Shown piece by piece: positions 1 through 8,539 of a stretch of DNA of 64,000 nt. The notes beneath the pieces were generated by a model that made no database searches, was not told the origin of the DNA, and saw only the letters and a program-made list of their open reading frames with translations. Origin of the DNA: Candidatus Sericytochromatia bacterium (GTDB lineage Bacteria; Cyanobacteriota; Sericytochromatia; S15B-MN24; UBA4093); contig JAKFBU010000039.1 in NCBI GenBank assembly GCA_036676985.1, forward strand, positions 148,845-212,844. The letters are read 5' to 3'. Position numbers and translations under genes: made by a program. Every line of letters begins with the position of its first letter. The stretch's first letter is position 1.

Positions 1-238
1 GCGCCACGGCCCCGAGCTGCGCGCCCCTGCGCAAGAGCTGGCGCTGCTGCTGCTGACGGGCTCGCGCGCGCCGCCGGTCCAGGATCTGCTGGGCCTTGTC
101 GGACGGGACGGGCCCGGCGCCGACGGCGTCGAGCGCGCCCAGCCGCGCCTTGACGAGCGAGGCGCCGGACGACGGCAAGAAGTGGAGGACGAGCAGCGCC
201 GAGATCGTCGCTGCCATGAACACCGCCACGTAGACCAT
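1..238 (-). CDS. Partial CDS (runs off window); probable TadB/TadC-like inner-membrane pilus assembly protein
   Basis: Manual translation MVYVAVFMAATISALLVLHFLPSSGASLVKARLGALD...: N-terminal TM then 'RL' motif as in TadB N-termini; starts immediately after the cpaE-like stop. Confidence 0.55.
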   Translation of the reverse strand, partial: MVYVAVFMAATISALLVLHFLPSSGASLVKARLGALDAVGAGPVPSDKAQQILDRRRARARQQQQRQLLRRGAQLGAVA

Positions 239-239
239 A

Positions 240-1418
240 TCAGGCCCCGTAGCCAGCGGCGGGCCCCTTGCGCAGCCAGGAAACGAGCTGGCCGAAGGGA
301 TTGCCGGCCTTCAAGGGCACGATGGCCGTGGTGCTCGCCTCCCCGAAGGTCAGGACCAGGCGCTCGACCTCCCGAGCGAGCGCGCCGCGCGGGTCCGCCT
401 GCAGGATGGGGATCCCCTGGTTGATGGCATGCCTGGCGGCCGAGGGCTCGTGCGGCAGGACCCAGTCGAGCGATCGCTTGAGGATCTTGGCGGCCTCCTG
501 GCGGCTAACGTCACTCTTCTCGCCCCAGGTCACGAGCTCGAAGCCCCGCGTGTCCACGCCCGCCTCCTGGAGGTCGGCGAAGTCCCGCTGCAAGGCCCGG
601 ATCTGCGTGACGTCCAGGCCCATGGGCACGAAGGTCCGGTCGGCATGGGCGAGGATGGTGCGGTTCGTCTCGGGCATGGCGGGGTGCGTGTCCGCCACTA
701 CCCAGCAGTCGCGCTGCTTGAGCCACAAGAGCAGGCTCTTGAGCTTGTCGGTCTTGATGTGGCGATCGCCCCGGGTCCAGCCCAGGAGCTTGATGCCCGT
801 CGGGTGCGAGGCGAGGGCCCCGTCGAGGCGGCTGCCCGAGAGCACCGAGGCGATGCCTTGCTGGGGTTGCACGTTCAGCATGAGGTCCAGATCCCCCAGG
901 TGGAACGCCCCGTCCAGGAGGATGGTCTCGCGCCCGGTGGCGCGGTAGAGGCCGATGGCGAGGTTGGTCGCGAGCGTCGAGCGCCCGATGCCACCCTTGG
1001 GCGAGTAGACGGCGACGAGCCGCCCCAGGCGCTGATCGCCATTGAGCTCGGGGCCGGGCTCCGGCTTCGCGAGGCGCTCGATGGCCGCCTTGAGGGCCTT
1101 GGCGTCCTCGGCGGGCACGCACTCGGACACTCCGGCCTGGATGAAGGAGAGGCGCCGCGGGTCGTCGAGCTCGAGGCCGACCACCATCAGCTTGGCCCAG
1201 GGGACGGTCGCCCCCAGGCGGCGCACGGTGTCGAGCGCGTCGCCCGACAGGCCGAGCACCACGAGATCCGGCTGGCTGAGGCTCGCGAAGTGCAGCCCGT
1301 CCTCGCCGTCGGTGACCTCCCCGATGACCTGGCAGGCGGCGTGCGCGCGCAGGAGCGAGCGGTAGCGATCGCGCGTGGCGTCGTCAGCCAGCAGCAGGGT
1401 ACGCAATGGATGGCTCAT
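240..1418 (-). CDS. cpaE: CpaE/TadZ-like pilus assembly protein (atypical receiver domain + MinD/ParA-type ATPase)
   Basis: Receiver-like N-terminus (QPDLVVLG, phosphoacceptor Asp absent); deviant Walker A SPKGGIGRSTLATNLA; GDLDLMLN; AINQGIP. Confidence 0.85.
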   Translation of the reverse strand: MSHPLRTLLLADDATRDRYRSLLRAHAACQVIGEVTDGEDGLHFASLSQPDLVVLGLSGDALDTVRRLGATVPWAKLMVVGLELDDPRRLSFIQAGVSECVPAEDAKALKAAIERLAKPEPGPELNGDQRLGRLVAVYSPKGGIGRSTLATNLAIGLYRATGRETILLDGAFHLGDLDLMLNVQPQQGIASVLSGSRLDGALASHPTGIKLLGWTRGDRHIKTDKLKSLLLWLKQRDCWVVADTHPAMPETNRTILAHADRTFVPMGLDVTQIRALQRDFADLQEAGVDTRGFELVTWGEKSDVSRQEAAKILKRSLDWVLPHEPSAARHAINQGIPILQADPRGALAREVERLVLTFGEASTTAIVPLKAGNPFGQLVSWLRKGPAAGYGA

Positions 1419-1427
1419 GGGGCCTCC

Positions 1428-1862
1428 TTACGGCGTGGCGACCGGAGTCGTCTTGGCGGGCAGGGCGGAGATCTTGGCCGGCGCCTTGAACGCCGGCTTG
1501 GCAGCCGGAGCCTTGGCGACCGGCGCCTTGGCGGCAGGCTTGGGAGCCGGGACGAACTGGACCTGCAGCTCGTCGCCGTGCACCGTCAACACGACCTCAC
1601 CCGGCTCCTGGTGCTTCAAGACGATCCGCTTGGGTGCCGTCTTCACGGCCACCTCCGCCTGAGGCGCGCTCGCCTGCTTCGGGGCGGGGACCGCGGCGGG
1701 GCGGGACGTCGGCTGGGCCGGGGCGGCGACGGCCGGTAGCGTCCGACCGTTGGCATGCTGCGTGAGGTACATGCCGCCCGTGACCATGCCCCCGAACGCC
1801 AGGGCTGCGGCGAGGCGCAGCGGACTCACTCCCATGGTTCCTCCTCCGGAATCGTCTTGCAT
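1428..1862 (-). CDS. Hypothetical membrane-anchored Pro/Ala/Lys-rich protein
   Basis: N-terminal hydrophobic helix and low-complexity linkers; co-oriented 9 bp upstream of cpaE; start may be 1835 (GGAGG RBS). Confidence 0.6.
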   Translation of the reverse strand: MQDDSGGGTMGVSPLRLAAALAFGGMVTGGMYLTQHANGRTLPAVAAPAQPTSRPAAVPAPKQASAPQAEVAVKTAPKRIVLKHQEPGEVVLTVHGDELQVQFVPAPKPAAKAPVAKAPAAKPAFKAPAKISALPAKTTPVATP

Positions 1863-2050
1863 GGCGGATGCCCGCCTAGTTCATTACCTACCGAGGCCAC
1901 GTTGAGGGACGGCTAACGCTTTGTTGCACGGAAATGAAGCAAGGCCGAATACTGGCTTAATACGTGCTTAATAGCCGCGCGAAGCGGGCGTCACAGCCCC
2001 CGCCTAGGCTGAAGCGTTGGTGACATCGCCACGGTAGGAGGAGACTGTCC

Positions 2051-3172
2051 ATGAACAGCTGGAGGCACGCTGCCCTTGCCGGCCTCTTGGCCGCCACGCT
2101 CACGGCCTGCGGCCCGGCACCCGGTGGGGTGGACGGCTCGCCGGGCGCCGACGGCGTGCCGCACGACGTAACAGCCGAGTACTCGCCCGGCGAGGTCTCC
2201 GTCTCGCCCACCATCGAGCAGGCCCGGCCCAACGTCGTGGCCGAGACGCTCGCAGGCTCCGGCTCGCCCGGCAGCTCGGACGGCACGGGACCAGCAGCGA
2301 GCATGCTCTCGCCCGAGGGCCTCGCGGTCGCAGCCGACGGCACGGTCTACGTGGCCGAGCCCTATTCCTACCGGATCCGGCGCATCGCGCCCGACGGCCA
2401 GGTCACGACGCTTGCGGGCGGCGGCGCCGAGCCCGGGCGTCTGGACGGACAGGGCTCGCAGGCCCGGTTCATGGGGCCCAAGGACGTGGCGATCGCCCCC
2501 CAGGGCGACCTGTACGTCGTGGACTTCGACTCCGTGCGCCGCGTGAGCCCCGCGGGGACGGTGACGACCCTCGCCCTCAAGAACGCCGACGGCAGCGAGT
2601 ACCAGCCCATCGAGCTCTTCGGGATCGCCGCCGACGCCCAGGGCAACCTCTACCTCTCGTCGACCTACTGGATCGACCGCGTGAGTCCGTCCGGCACCGT
2701 CTCGCGGTACGCGGGCAACGACGTCAAGGGCTACGCGGACGGCGCTGTCGGGCGCAGTTACTTCAACCTGCCGCGCAAGCTCGCCTTCGATCGCGCGGGC
2801 AACCTGTTCGTGGCGGACTACGGCAACCTGCGCATCCGGCGCATCGCACCCGATCGCTCGGTGACGACGGTGGCGGGCAACGGCATCCTCGGCTACACGG
2901 ACGGTCCGGCCGCCAACTCGCGGCTCAACTTCCCGAGCGGCCTTGCCGTGGACGCGGCAGGCAACGTGCTGGTGGCCGACACCTTCAACCACTCCATCCG
3001 CCAGATCGGCACGGACGGCGTGGTCCGGACCCTGGCCGGCAACAACGCGGCGGGCTACTCCGACGGCACCGGCACCATCCAGTTCGATCGCCCGATGGAC
3101 GTCGCCGTCCGGCCCGACGGCTCGATCCTGGTGGCGGACAGCGAGAACGACCGCGTCCGCATCCTGAGGTAA
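2051..3172 (+). CDS. NHL-repeat beta-propeller lipoprotein
   Basis: Lipobox LTAC; repeated P.GLAVxxxGxxYVADxxNxRIRRI motifs; GGAGGAG RBS. Confidence 0.88.
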   Translation: MNSWRHAALAGLLAATLTACGPAPGGVDGSPGADGVPHDVTAEYSPGEVSVSPTIEQARPNVVAETLAGSGSPGSSDGTGPAASMLSPEGLAVAADGTVYVAEPYSYRIRRIAPDGQVTTLAGGGAEPGRLDGQGSQARFMGPKDVAIAPQGDLYVVDFDSVRRVSPAGTVTTLALKNADGSEYQPIELFGIAADAQGNLYLSSTYWIDRVSPSGTVSRYAGNDVKGYADGAVGRSYFNLPRKLAFDRAGNLFVADYGNLRIRRIAPDRSVTTVAGNGILGYTDGPAANSRLNFPSGLAVDAAGNVLVADTFNHSIRQIGTDGVVRTLAGNNAAGYSDGTGTIQFDRPMDVAVRPDGSILVADSENDRVRILR

Positions 3173-3174
3173 TC

Positions 3175-4353
3175 ATGCGCCGTCTCTTGCCCCTGGCGCT
3201 CTTCGGTCTCGTCGCCTGCTCCGCCCCACCCCCGTCCGTCCCCTCCACGATCGGCCCCCCGGCTCCGGTCCGGACCGCGACGCCCCGTCCTTTCCCGAGC
3301 TCGACGCCCGACGTCATCGGCGAGCGCGATCTGCTCCTGCAGACGGCCGTCGGCAGCGGCACGGCGGGCTTCGCCGGGGACGGCGGCCCTCCGCAGGAGG
3401 CCCGACTGAACACGCCGACGGGGCTCGCTATCAACCGCGGAGACCTCCTGATCGCCGACCAGGCCAACCACCGCATCCGGCGCCTCACCTACGACGGGGA
3501 GCTCGAGACCTACGTGGGCACCGGCACGCCCGGCTTCAACGGCGACGGCGCCGCGCTCACCCAGCTCCAGCTCAACTCCCCCTACAAGATCCTCTCGGAC
3601 GACGCCACGGGGCTCATCTTTATCGCCGATCGGGGCAACGGGCTCATCCGCTGCATCGACCCGAGCGATCGCCTGATCACCGTCGCCGGCGGCGGGCAAA
3701 CGACCCTCACGAACGGCGGGGCGGCCGTCAGCGGCCTGGATGCCAAGCTCGACGGGGTGGCCGGCATGGCCATCGACTCGTCGGGCCACCTCTACATCAC
3801 CGAGTCCTCGGGCAACCGCATCCTGCGCCTCAACGTCGATCACGAGTGGCAGATCTCGGTCTACGCGGGCACGGGCACGGCGGGCTTCGGCGGCGACGGA
3901 GGAAACGCCCTCCAGGCGCGCTTCAACCAGCCCGTGGATCTGGCCATCGACGCCCAGGACAACCTCTACGTCGCCGACATGGGCAACCACCGGATCCGCA
4001 AGATCTCCCCGGAGGGGGTGGTGTCGACCCTCGCCGGCAACGGCCTGCCCGGGTTCTTCGGCGACGGCCGGCCCGCCGAGGAGGCGAGCCTCAACCTGCC
4101 CTCGGCCGTGGCCTCGGACAACCAGGGCAACATCTTCCTGGCCGACAGCGGCAACCAGCGGATCCGGGGGGTGCGCCCCGACGGGGCCATCGTCACCCTC
4201 GCCGGCACGGGAACTGCGGGCTACTCGGGCGACGGCGGCCTGCCGGGGCTGGGCACGTTCAACGCGCCGTGGGCGATCGCCTACTCTCCCACGGGCGGCC
4301 TCTACGTGGCCGACCGAGACAACCACGCCATCCGGCACTTCAACGTGCCCTAA
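3175..4353 (+). CDS. NHL-repeat beta-propeller lipoprotein
   Basis: Lipobox LVAC; AGTGTAGFxGDGG and FNxPxDLAID...YVADxGNHRIRKI repeats. Confidence 0.88.
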   Translation: MRRLLPLALFGLVACSAPPPSVPSTIGPPAPVRTATPRPFPSSTPDVIGERDLLLQTAVGSGTAGFAGDGGPPQEARLNTPTGLAINRGDLLIADQANHRIRRLTYDGELETYVGTGTPGFNGDGAALTQLQLNSPYKILSDDATGLIFIADRGNGLIRCIDPSDRLITVAGGGQTTLTNGGAAVSGLDAKLDGVAGMAIDSSGHLYITESSGNRILRLNVDHEWQISVYAGTGTAGFGGDGGNALQARFNQPVDLAIDAQDNLYVADMGNHRIRKISPEGVVSTLAGNGLPGFFGDGRPAEEASLNLPSAVASDNQGNIFLADSGNQRIRGVRPDGAIVTLAGTGTAGYSGDGGLPGLGTFNAPWAIAYSPTGGLYVADRDNHAIRHFNVP

Positions 4354-4354
4354 G

Positions 4355-4388
4355 CCGAACGGCCCCCGGTTTCCCGGGGGCCGTTCGC
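4355..4388. terminator. Bidirectional intrinsic terminator
   Basis: Hairpin CGAACGGCCCCCGG-tttc-CCGGGGGCCGTTCG between convergent genes. Confidence 0.75.
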
Positions 4389-4408
4389 TTGGTGGGTCGC
4401 GTTGGACC

Positions 4409-5644
4409 CTATTTGCTCACCTTCACGAAGGTCGCCTTGATCAGGCCCAGCGCGACGTTGAGCTCCGATCCGTCGTCGCTGAACTGCATCGAGACCGTTT
4501 TCCCGCCTTTGCTGGCGCTCAGGTTCTTGGCGAACTGGGACGTGAACGAGTGCGAGAAGTCCGCGCCCTTGATGATCGAGAGGAACACGTCGACCTTGAC
4601 GTTGTCGCTCTTGCCCGCGCGCTCGAAGGTGATGCGGCTCTCGCTGCCGCCCTTGAGCTCCCAGGCGCCCCCGATCTTGTCGATGAGGGCGACCGGAGCC
4701 GCGGTCGGCGCCGGAGTGGGCGTGGTCAGCCGGTTGGCAGCCGCCGCAGCGGCGGCCGGCGGCAGGGCATTCTTGATGGAGCCGCCGGAGGTCTGGGCCT
4801 TCTTCGCCTCGGACGCGACCGCGGAGTTCGCGCCCATGGCCGACCGCAGCTTCGAACCCGACAGCGCCACCTGCGTGTTGCCCGCACCCTTGTTCGACAG
4901 GAAGGTTCCGACCTTGGTCTTGGCCACCTGCGAGCTGAGATCGGACAGTGCCGCCTGGGGCGAGTGAAGTCGGCCCAAGATCACCCGACGGTCGTCGGTC
5001 CCGAGCGAGTCACGCCGGCTGAAGGCGTCCTTGCCCGAGGAGGCGACGTCCTTGTTGTAGGGCGATCCGACCACCCAGTCCGTGTACTCCGGCGTGGGAT
5101 CGAGCTCGCTGAAGGTCTCCTTGGTAAGGGGATCCGTCCACTCGACCAGGTAGTAGTTCACGTCCCGGGTCCGGGTCGCGTAACGGTTGTAGACGGTCCA
5201 CGGCTTGTAGCCCGCCACGTCCTCGAAGAGGGAGTAGCGCGTCAGCTTGTAGGTGACCAGGAAATCGTCCTCGTAGTAGGACTTCTTGGAGTTGGGGACG
5301 TCTCCCTGGAGCACCTCGAACTTCTTGCGGGTCGTGATCTCGTCCCCGCCGTAGACGCGATCGGTCTTGCCCATCGAGATCTCGCCCTTTTCCTCGCGCG
5401 ACGTGGACACCTTGCGGCTCAGATCCCCGTCCTGGAGGAAGTAGGTGCGGTTCTTGACGTCCACCAACTGCCAGGAGCCCGAGCCGGGCTTCTCGGGGTT
5501 GGGAACGAAGGTCCTGACCTTGCGCTCCTTGACCACCAGCCAGTCGGCACCCAGGTTGGGGGCCTGGGCGAGGGCCGGCTGCACGAGGATCGAGAGCGCC
5601 ACCAGCGAGCAGGACGCCGTGCCGACGATCTGACGAATGTTCAT
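4409..5644 (-). CDS. Secreted hypothetical protein, 'family B' paralog 1
   Basis: Sec signal (ALA-Q); shares TFLSxxGxGNxxxALSGS and FVxxPxxPGxGWxLV with 10883 and 14105. Confidence 0.8.
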   Translation of the reverse strand: MNIRQIVGTASCSLVALSILVQPALAQAPNLGADWLVVKERKVRTFVPNPEKPGSGSWQLVDVKNRTYFLQDGDLSRKVSTSREEKGEISMGKTDRVYGGDEITTRKKFEVLQGDVPNSKKSYYEDDFLVTYKLTRYSLFEDVAGYKPWTVYNRYATRTRDVNYYLVEWTDPLTKETFSELDPTPEYTDWVVGSPYNKDVASSGKDAFSRRDSLGTDDRRVILGRLHSPQAALSDLSSQVAKTKVGTFLSNKGAGNTQVALSGSKLRSAMGANSAVASEAKKAQTSGGSIKNALPPAAAAAAANRLTTPTPAPTAAPVALIDKIGGAWELKGGSESRITFERAGKSDNVKVDVFLSIIKGADFSHSFTSQFAKNLSASKGGKTVSMQFSDDGSELNVALGLIKATFVKVSK

Positions 5645-5653
5645 GTTGGCCTC

Positions 5654-7135
5654 CTACTTCTTCTGCCCGGGCGCCTGTGCCGGGTCGAGCGCAAACCACA
5701 CGTCCTCGCTGAGGATGGGCTTGCCGTCGCGGATGGCCTGGCTGCGCATGAGGTACTCGCCGTCGTCGTTGAGGACGTACTTGTGCTTCAAGGAAACCTC
5801 GGTGATGCCGACAGAGGCGAGCGAGAAGATCTCGGGCGCCTGGACGCGGCCGTCGTGGTTGCCGTCCTTCCAGAGCTTCAGGCCCTCGAGCTGTTCGCCC
5901 TTCAGGATCCCGCTGCCCATCTTGGGCATCAGGCCGGAGGTGTCGGCGAGCAACGCCGGCGTGTCCCACTTGGCGGCAAGCTTGGCATAGCCGTTGGCGT
6001 AGCCGCCCGCGTTGCCGAAGAGCAGGCTGCCGTCGATGTAGCCGTTGCCCTTGGCCGCGGCCGAGACCTTGCCCTGCCGGTCGTCGACCAGGAAGGCGTC
6101 GCCGGTGTCGTTGAGCCACTCGGTGCGCAGCTGCTTGCCTTCCGCCATCAGGTCGAACAGGAGCGAGCCGGCGGGCACGTACTTGTTCTTGGGGTTGCGG
6201 AGCATGGCCGTGCTGAGGCCCGTGACGCCGATCTTGCCGTCGCCGTTGAGGTCGAAGGCGATGGGCGACGCCGTCCAGACGGCCTCCCGGTACAGGGCCT
6301 TGGCGAGACCGGTCGCCTCGGCGGTGGTCAGCCCGCCGACCGACAGCTTGAAGAGGTCCGAGTAGCCGCTCCAGACCTGGTAGCCCGTTTTCGAGGAGAA
6401 CTTCTGCATGTACGGGTTGCTGGCGTCGTAGACGTTGTAGGTCTTGGAGCCCGCGTACTGGCTGAAGTTGCCCGTCAGGGGCGACGCCAGGGTGAACGCG
6501 GGCAGGATGCCCGACTCCATCGCCTCGGCGATCTTCAAGAAGCGATAGGCCTGCGAGAGGATCGACTTGGTGTTGTGATAGAAGTTGTTGTTGTTCGGCG
6601 CGGCCTGCTCGGAGATGACCGCGCTGCGGCGACCTTCCCAGTCGCTCGAGTCGTTGAACTGGGCCTTGAGGACCACGCCCCAGCGAGTCTCCATCTCAGG
6701 CAGCTTGAAGGCCCGGGTGTGGTAGTCGTAGGTCGGGGTGTCCGGCGCGTTGTCGGAGGGGAAGATGCCCGTCGTCTGCACGTTGGTCAGGTAGGGCTTG
6801 AGCTCGTTGAGCTTGGTCTTGAGCTGATCCATGGTGAGCTGGCCATCGGCGATCTTCTTGGCGAGGTCATCCAGGCCCGTCTGCGAGGGGACCAGGTTGC
6901 TGCCGAAGACGTCGGAGAAGACGTTGCGGACGGCCGCCGCATCGTAGGCGACCCAGCGGAAGGTCCGCTCCTGGACGTTGATCCAGTAGCCGTTCTTGCC
7001 GTTGCTCTGGCCGCGGGTGACCGATTGCGACTTCTCGACTCGATCGGAAGCCTGGGCGGTGGCAGCGAGGGGAAGTACCAGCGTCGTCACGGCGAGCACC
7101 CCCGCCGCGAGCCGGGTCCATTGTGGCTGTTTCAT
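5654..7135 (-). CDS. Secreted protein with C-terminal FrpC-SPM-like Ca2+-binding domain, 'family A'
   Basis: Signal peptide (AQA); C-terminal SPIAFDLNGDG...WLNDTGDAFLVDD...LFGN...LKLWKDGNHDG...EDVWFA. Confidence 0.8.
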   Translation of the reverse strand: MKQPQWTRLAAGVLAVTTLVLPLAATAQASDRVEKSQSVTRGQSNGKNGYWINVQERTFRWVAYDAAAVRNVFSDVFGSNLVPSQTGLDDLAKKIADGQLTMDQLKTKLNELKPYLTNVQTTGIFPSDNAPDTPTYDYHTRAFKLPEMETRWGVVLKAQFNDSSDWEGRRSAVISEQAAPNNNNFYHNTKSILSQAYRFLKIAEAMESGILPAFTLASPLTGNFSQYAGSKTYNVYDASNPYMQKFSSKTGYQVWSGYSDLFKLSVGGLTTAEATGLAKALYREAVWTASPIAFDLNGDGKIGVTGLSTAMLRNPKNKYVPAGSLLFDLMAEGKQLRTEWLNDTGDAFLVDDRQGKVSAAAKGNGYIDGSLLFGNAGGYANGYAKLAAKWDTPALLADTSGLMPKMGSGILKGEQLEGLKLWKDGNHDGRVQAPEIFSLASVGITEVSLKHKYVLNDDGEYLMRSQAIRDGKPILSEDVWFALDPAQAPGQKK

Positions 7136-7160
7136 GGCTTACTCCTTTGAGGCTCGGCGG

Positions 7161-8417
7161 CTAGCGGCGCGCGGGGGGCTCGGCAGCGAACCAGACGTCT
7201 TCGGACAGCTGACGCTTGCCATGCTGGACGTAGTAGCTCACGATGAGCGTCTCACCGTCCGCGTTCTGCCGGAACTCGGGGCGCAGGCCGATCTCGGTGA
7301 TCCCGAGCGACGGCAGCGACTTGAGCTCGCCCGCCTGGACGACGGCGTCCCGGTTGCCGTCCACCCATACCTTGAGGTCCTTGAGGTCCTTACCGACGAG
7401 CTTTTCACGCTGGGCGATCGCCGGGAGGCCCTTGAGCTTCACGGCCGCGGTCGAGATGCCGCCCGTCAGGAGCGCCAGCTTCTGGAAGCCGTGGTCGTAG
7501 CCCACCACGTTGCCGAAGAGCTTGGTACCGTCGATCCGACCGCCGGCCATGGCCGCCTTGGTGACGGCATTGCCCTTGTCGTAGACGAGGAAGCCGTCGC
7601 CGTCGCCGTTGAGCCATTCGTAGCGTTCGGCCTTGCCGCTCGCGCGCAGGTCGAACAGGACCGACCCCTCGCGGACAAAGGAGTTCTTCGCGTTGCGGAC
7701 CGCCGCCGAGCTCTTGCCCGTCACGCCGATCTTCCCGTCATGGTTGAGATCCAGCACGATGGGCGAGTAGGTGTCGATGCCCAACTCGAAGACTTCCTTC
7801 AGCTTCGCGAGGACGGCCGCCTTGGTGAGCGCGATGTTGTACGGCCGTTCGATGTAGAAGGCCATGAAGTCGCCGCTGAAGGTGCCCTGCGGCGGGATGG
7901 CCCCCGCCTCGAGCAGCTGGTAGATGCGCGCCAGGCGTCCGGCCTCGATGAGCGAGGAAGTCGTGTTGGGCGCACCGCTCTGACCGCTGACGGTGAACAC
8001 CCCTTCGAGCTGCTTGGTCAGGGTGTTGTAGGTCGAGAGCCAGGTCTTCTTGTTGCCGTTGTCGCCGACCCAGCTCGGGTTGTTGAGGACCTGGTCGACC
8101 GCGTCCCGATAAAGGGTCTTGCCGCGGAAGTTGTAGTCCCCCTTGACGACGTTGGTGCCGCTGAGGCTGTTCCAGCTCAGCAGATCGCGCAGCTCGCGAT
8201 CGAGGGCATTCGAGTACCGGTAGGTGTATTCCGTGTACTCGATCCAGGTCCCCTCGCGCCCGTCCTGGGTCCCGGGGGTCTTGGTGACGGGGCCGTTCAT
8301 GACCCGCTCATCACCTGCCTTTTGTGCCAGAGCCGCCGATTGAAGGGTGAAAGTACCAGCAAGAATACCAAGTGTTAGGAATACCAGCCCACGTTTGCTT
8401 CTCATAAGCGTGTGCAT
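7161..8417 (-). CDS. Secreted protein with C-terminal SPM-like domain, 'family A'
   Basis: Signal peptide (ALA-Q); SPIVLDLNHDG...LKVWVDGNRDA...EDVWFA; start may be 8405. Confidence 0.8.
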   Translation of the reverse strand: MHTLMRSKRGLVFLTLGILAGTFTLQSAALAQKAGDERVMNGPVTKTPGTQDGREGTWIEYTEYTYRYSNALDRELRDLLSWNSLSGTNVVKGDYNFRGKTLYRDAVDQVLNNPSWVGDNGNKKTWLSTYNTLTKQLEGVFTVSGQSGAPNTTSSLIEAGRLARIYQLLEAGAIPPQGTFSGDFMAFYIERPYNIALTKAAVLAKLKEVFELGIDTYSPIVLDLNHDGKIGVTGKSSAAVRNAKNSFVREGSVLFDLRASGKAERYEWLNGDGDGFLVYDKGNAVTKAAMAGGRIDGTKLFGNVVGYDHGFQKLALLTGGISTAAVKLKGLPAIAQREKLVGKDLKDLKVWVDGNRDAVVQAGELKSLPSLGITEIGLRPEFRQNADGETLIVSYYVQHGKRQLSEDVWFAAEPPARR

Positions 8418-8539
8418 CCTCCCTCCTGTCAGAAAACTGTTCCTTGGTTGCTAGAAGAGTTATACCCGCGACTCGGCTCCGACTCGGGAAAATGGGCGAA
8501 AATTTTCGGGATTTTCCTCTCCGATCGAGCGATCGGCGA

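Noticed and set aside
3740-7150. 1136-aa plus-strand ORF and similar long ORFs (8444-10360, 14066-15598, 17010-18758, 21913-23508, 58896-60335)
   Set aside because: Antisense or off-frame shadows of well-supported genes in GC-rich DNA; no motifs
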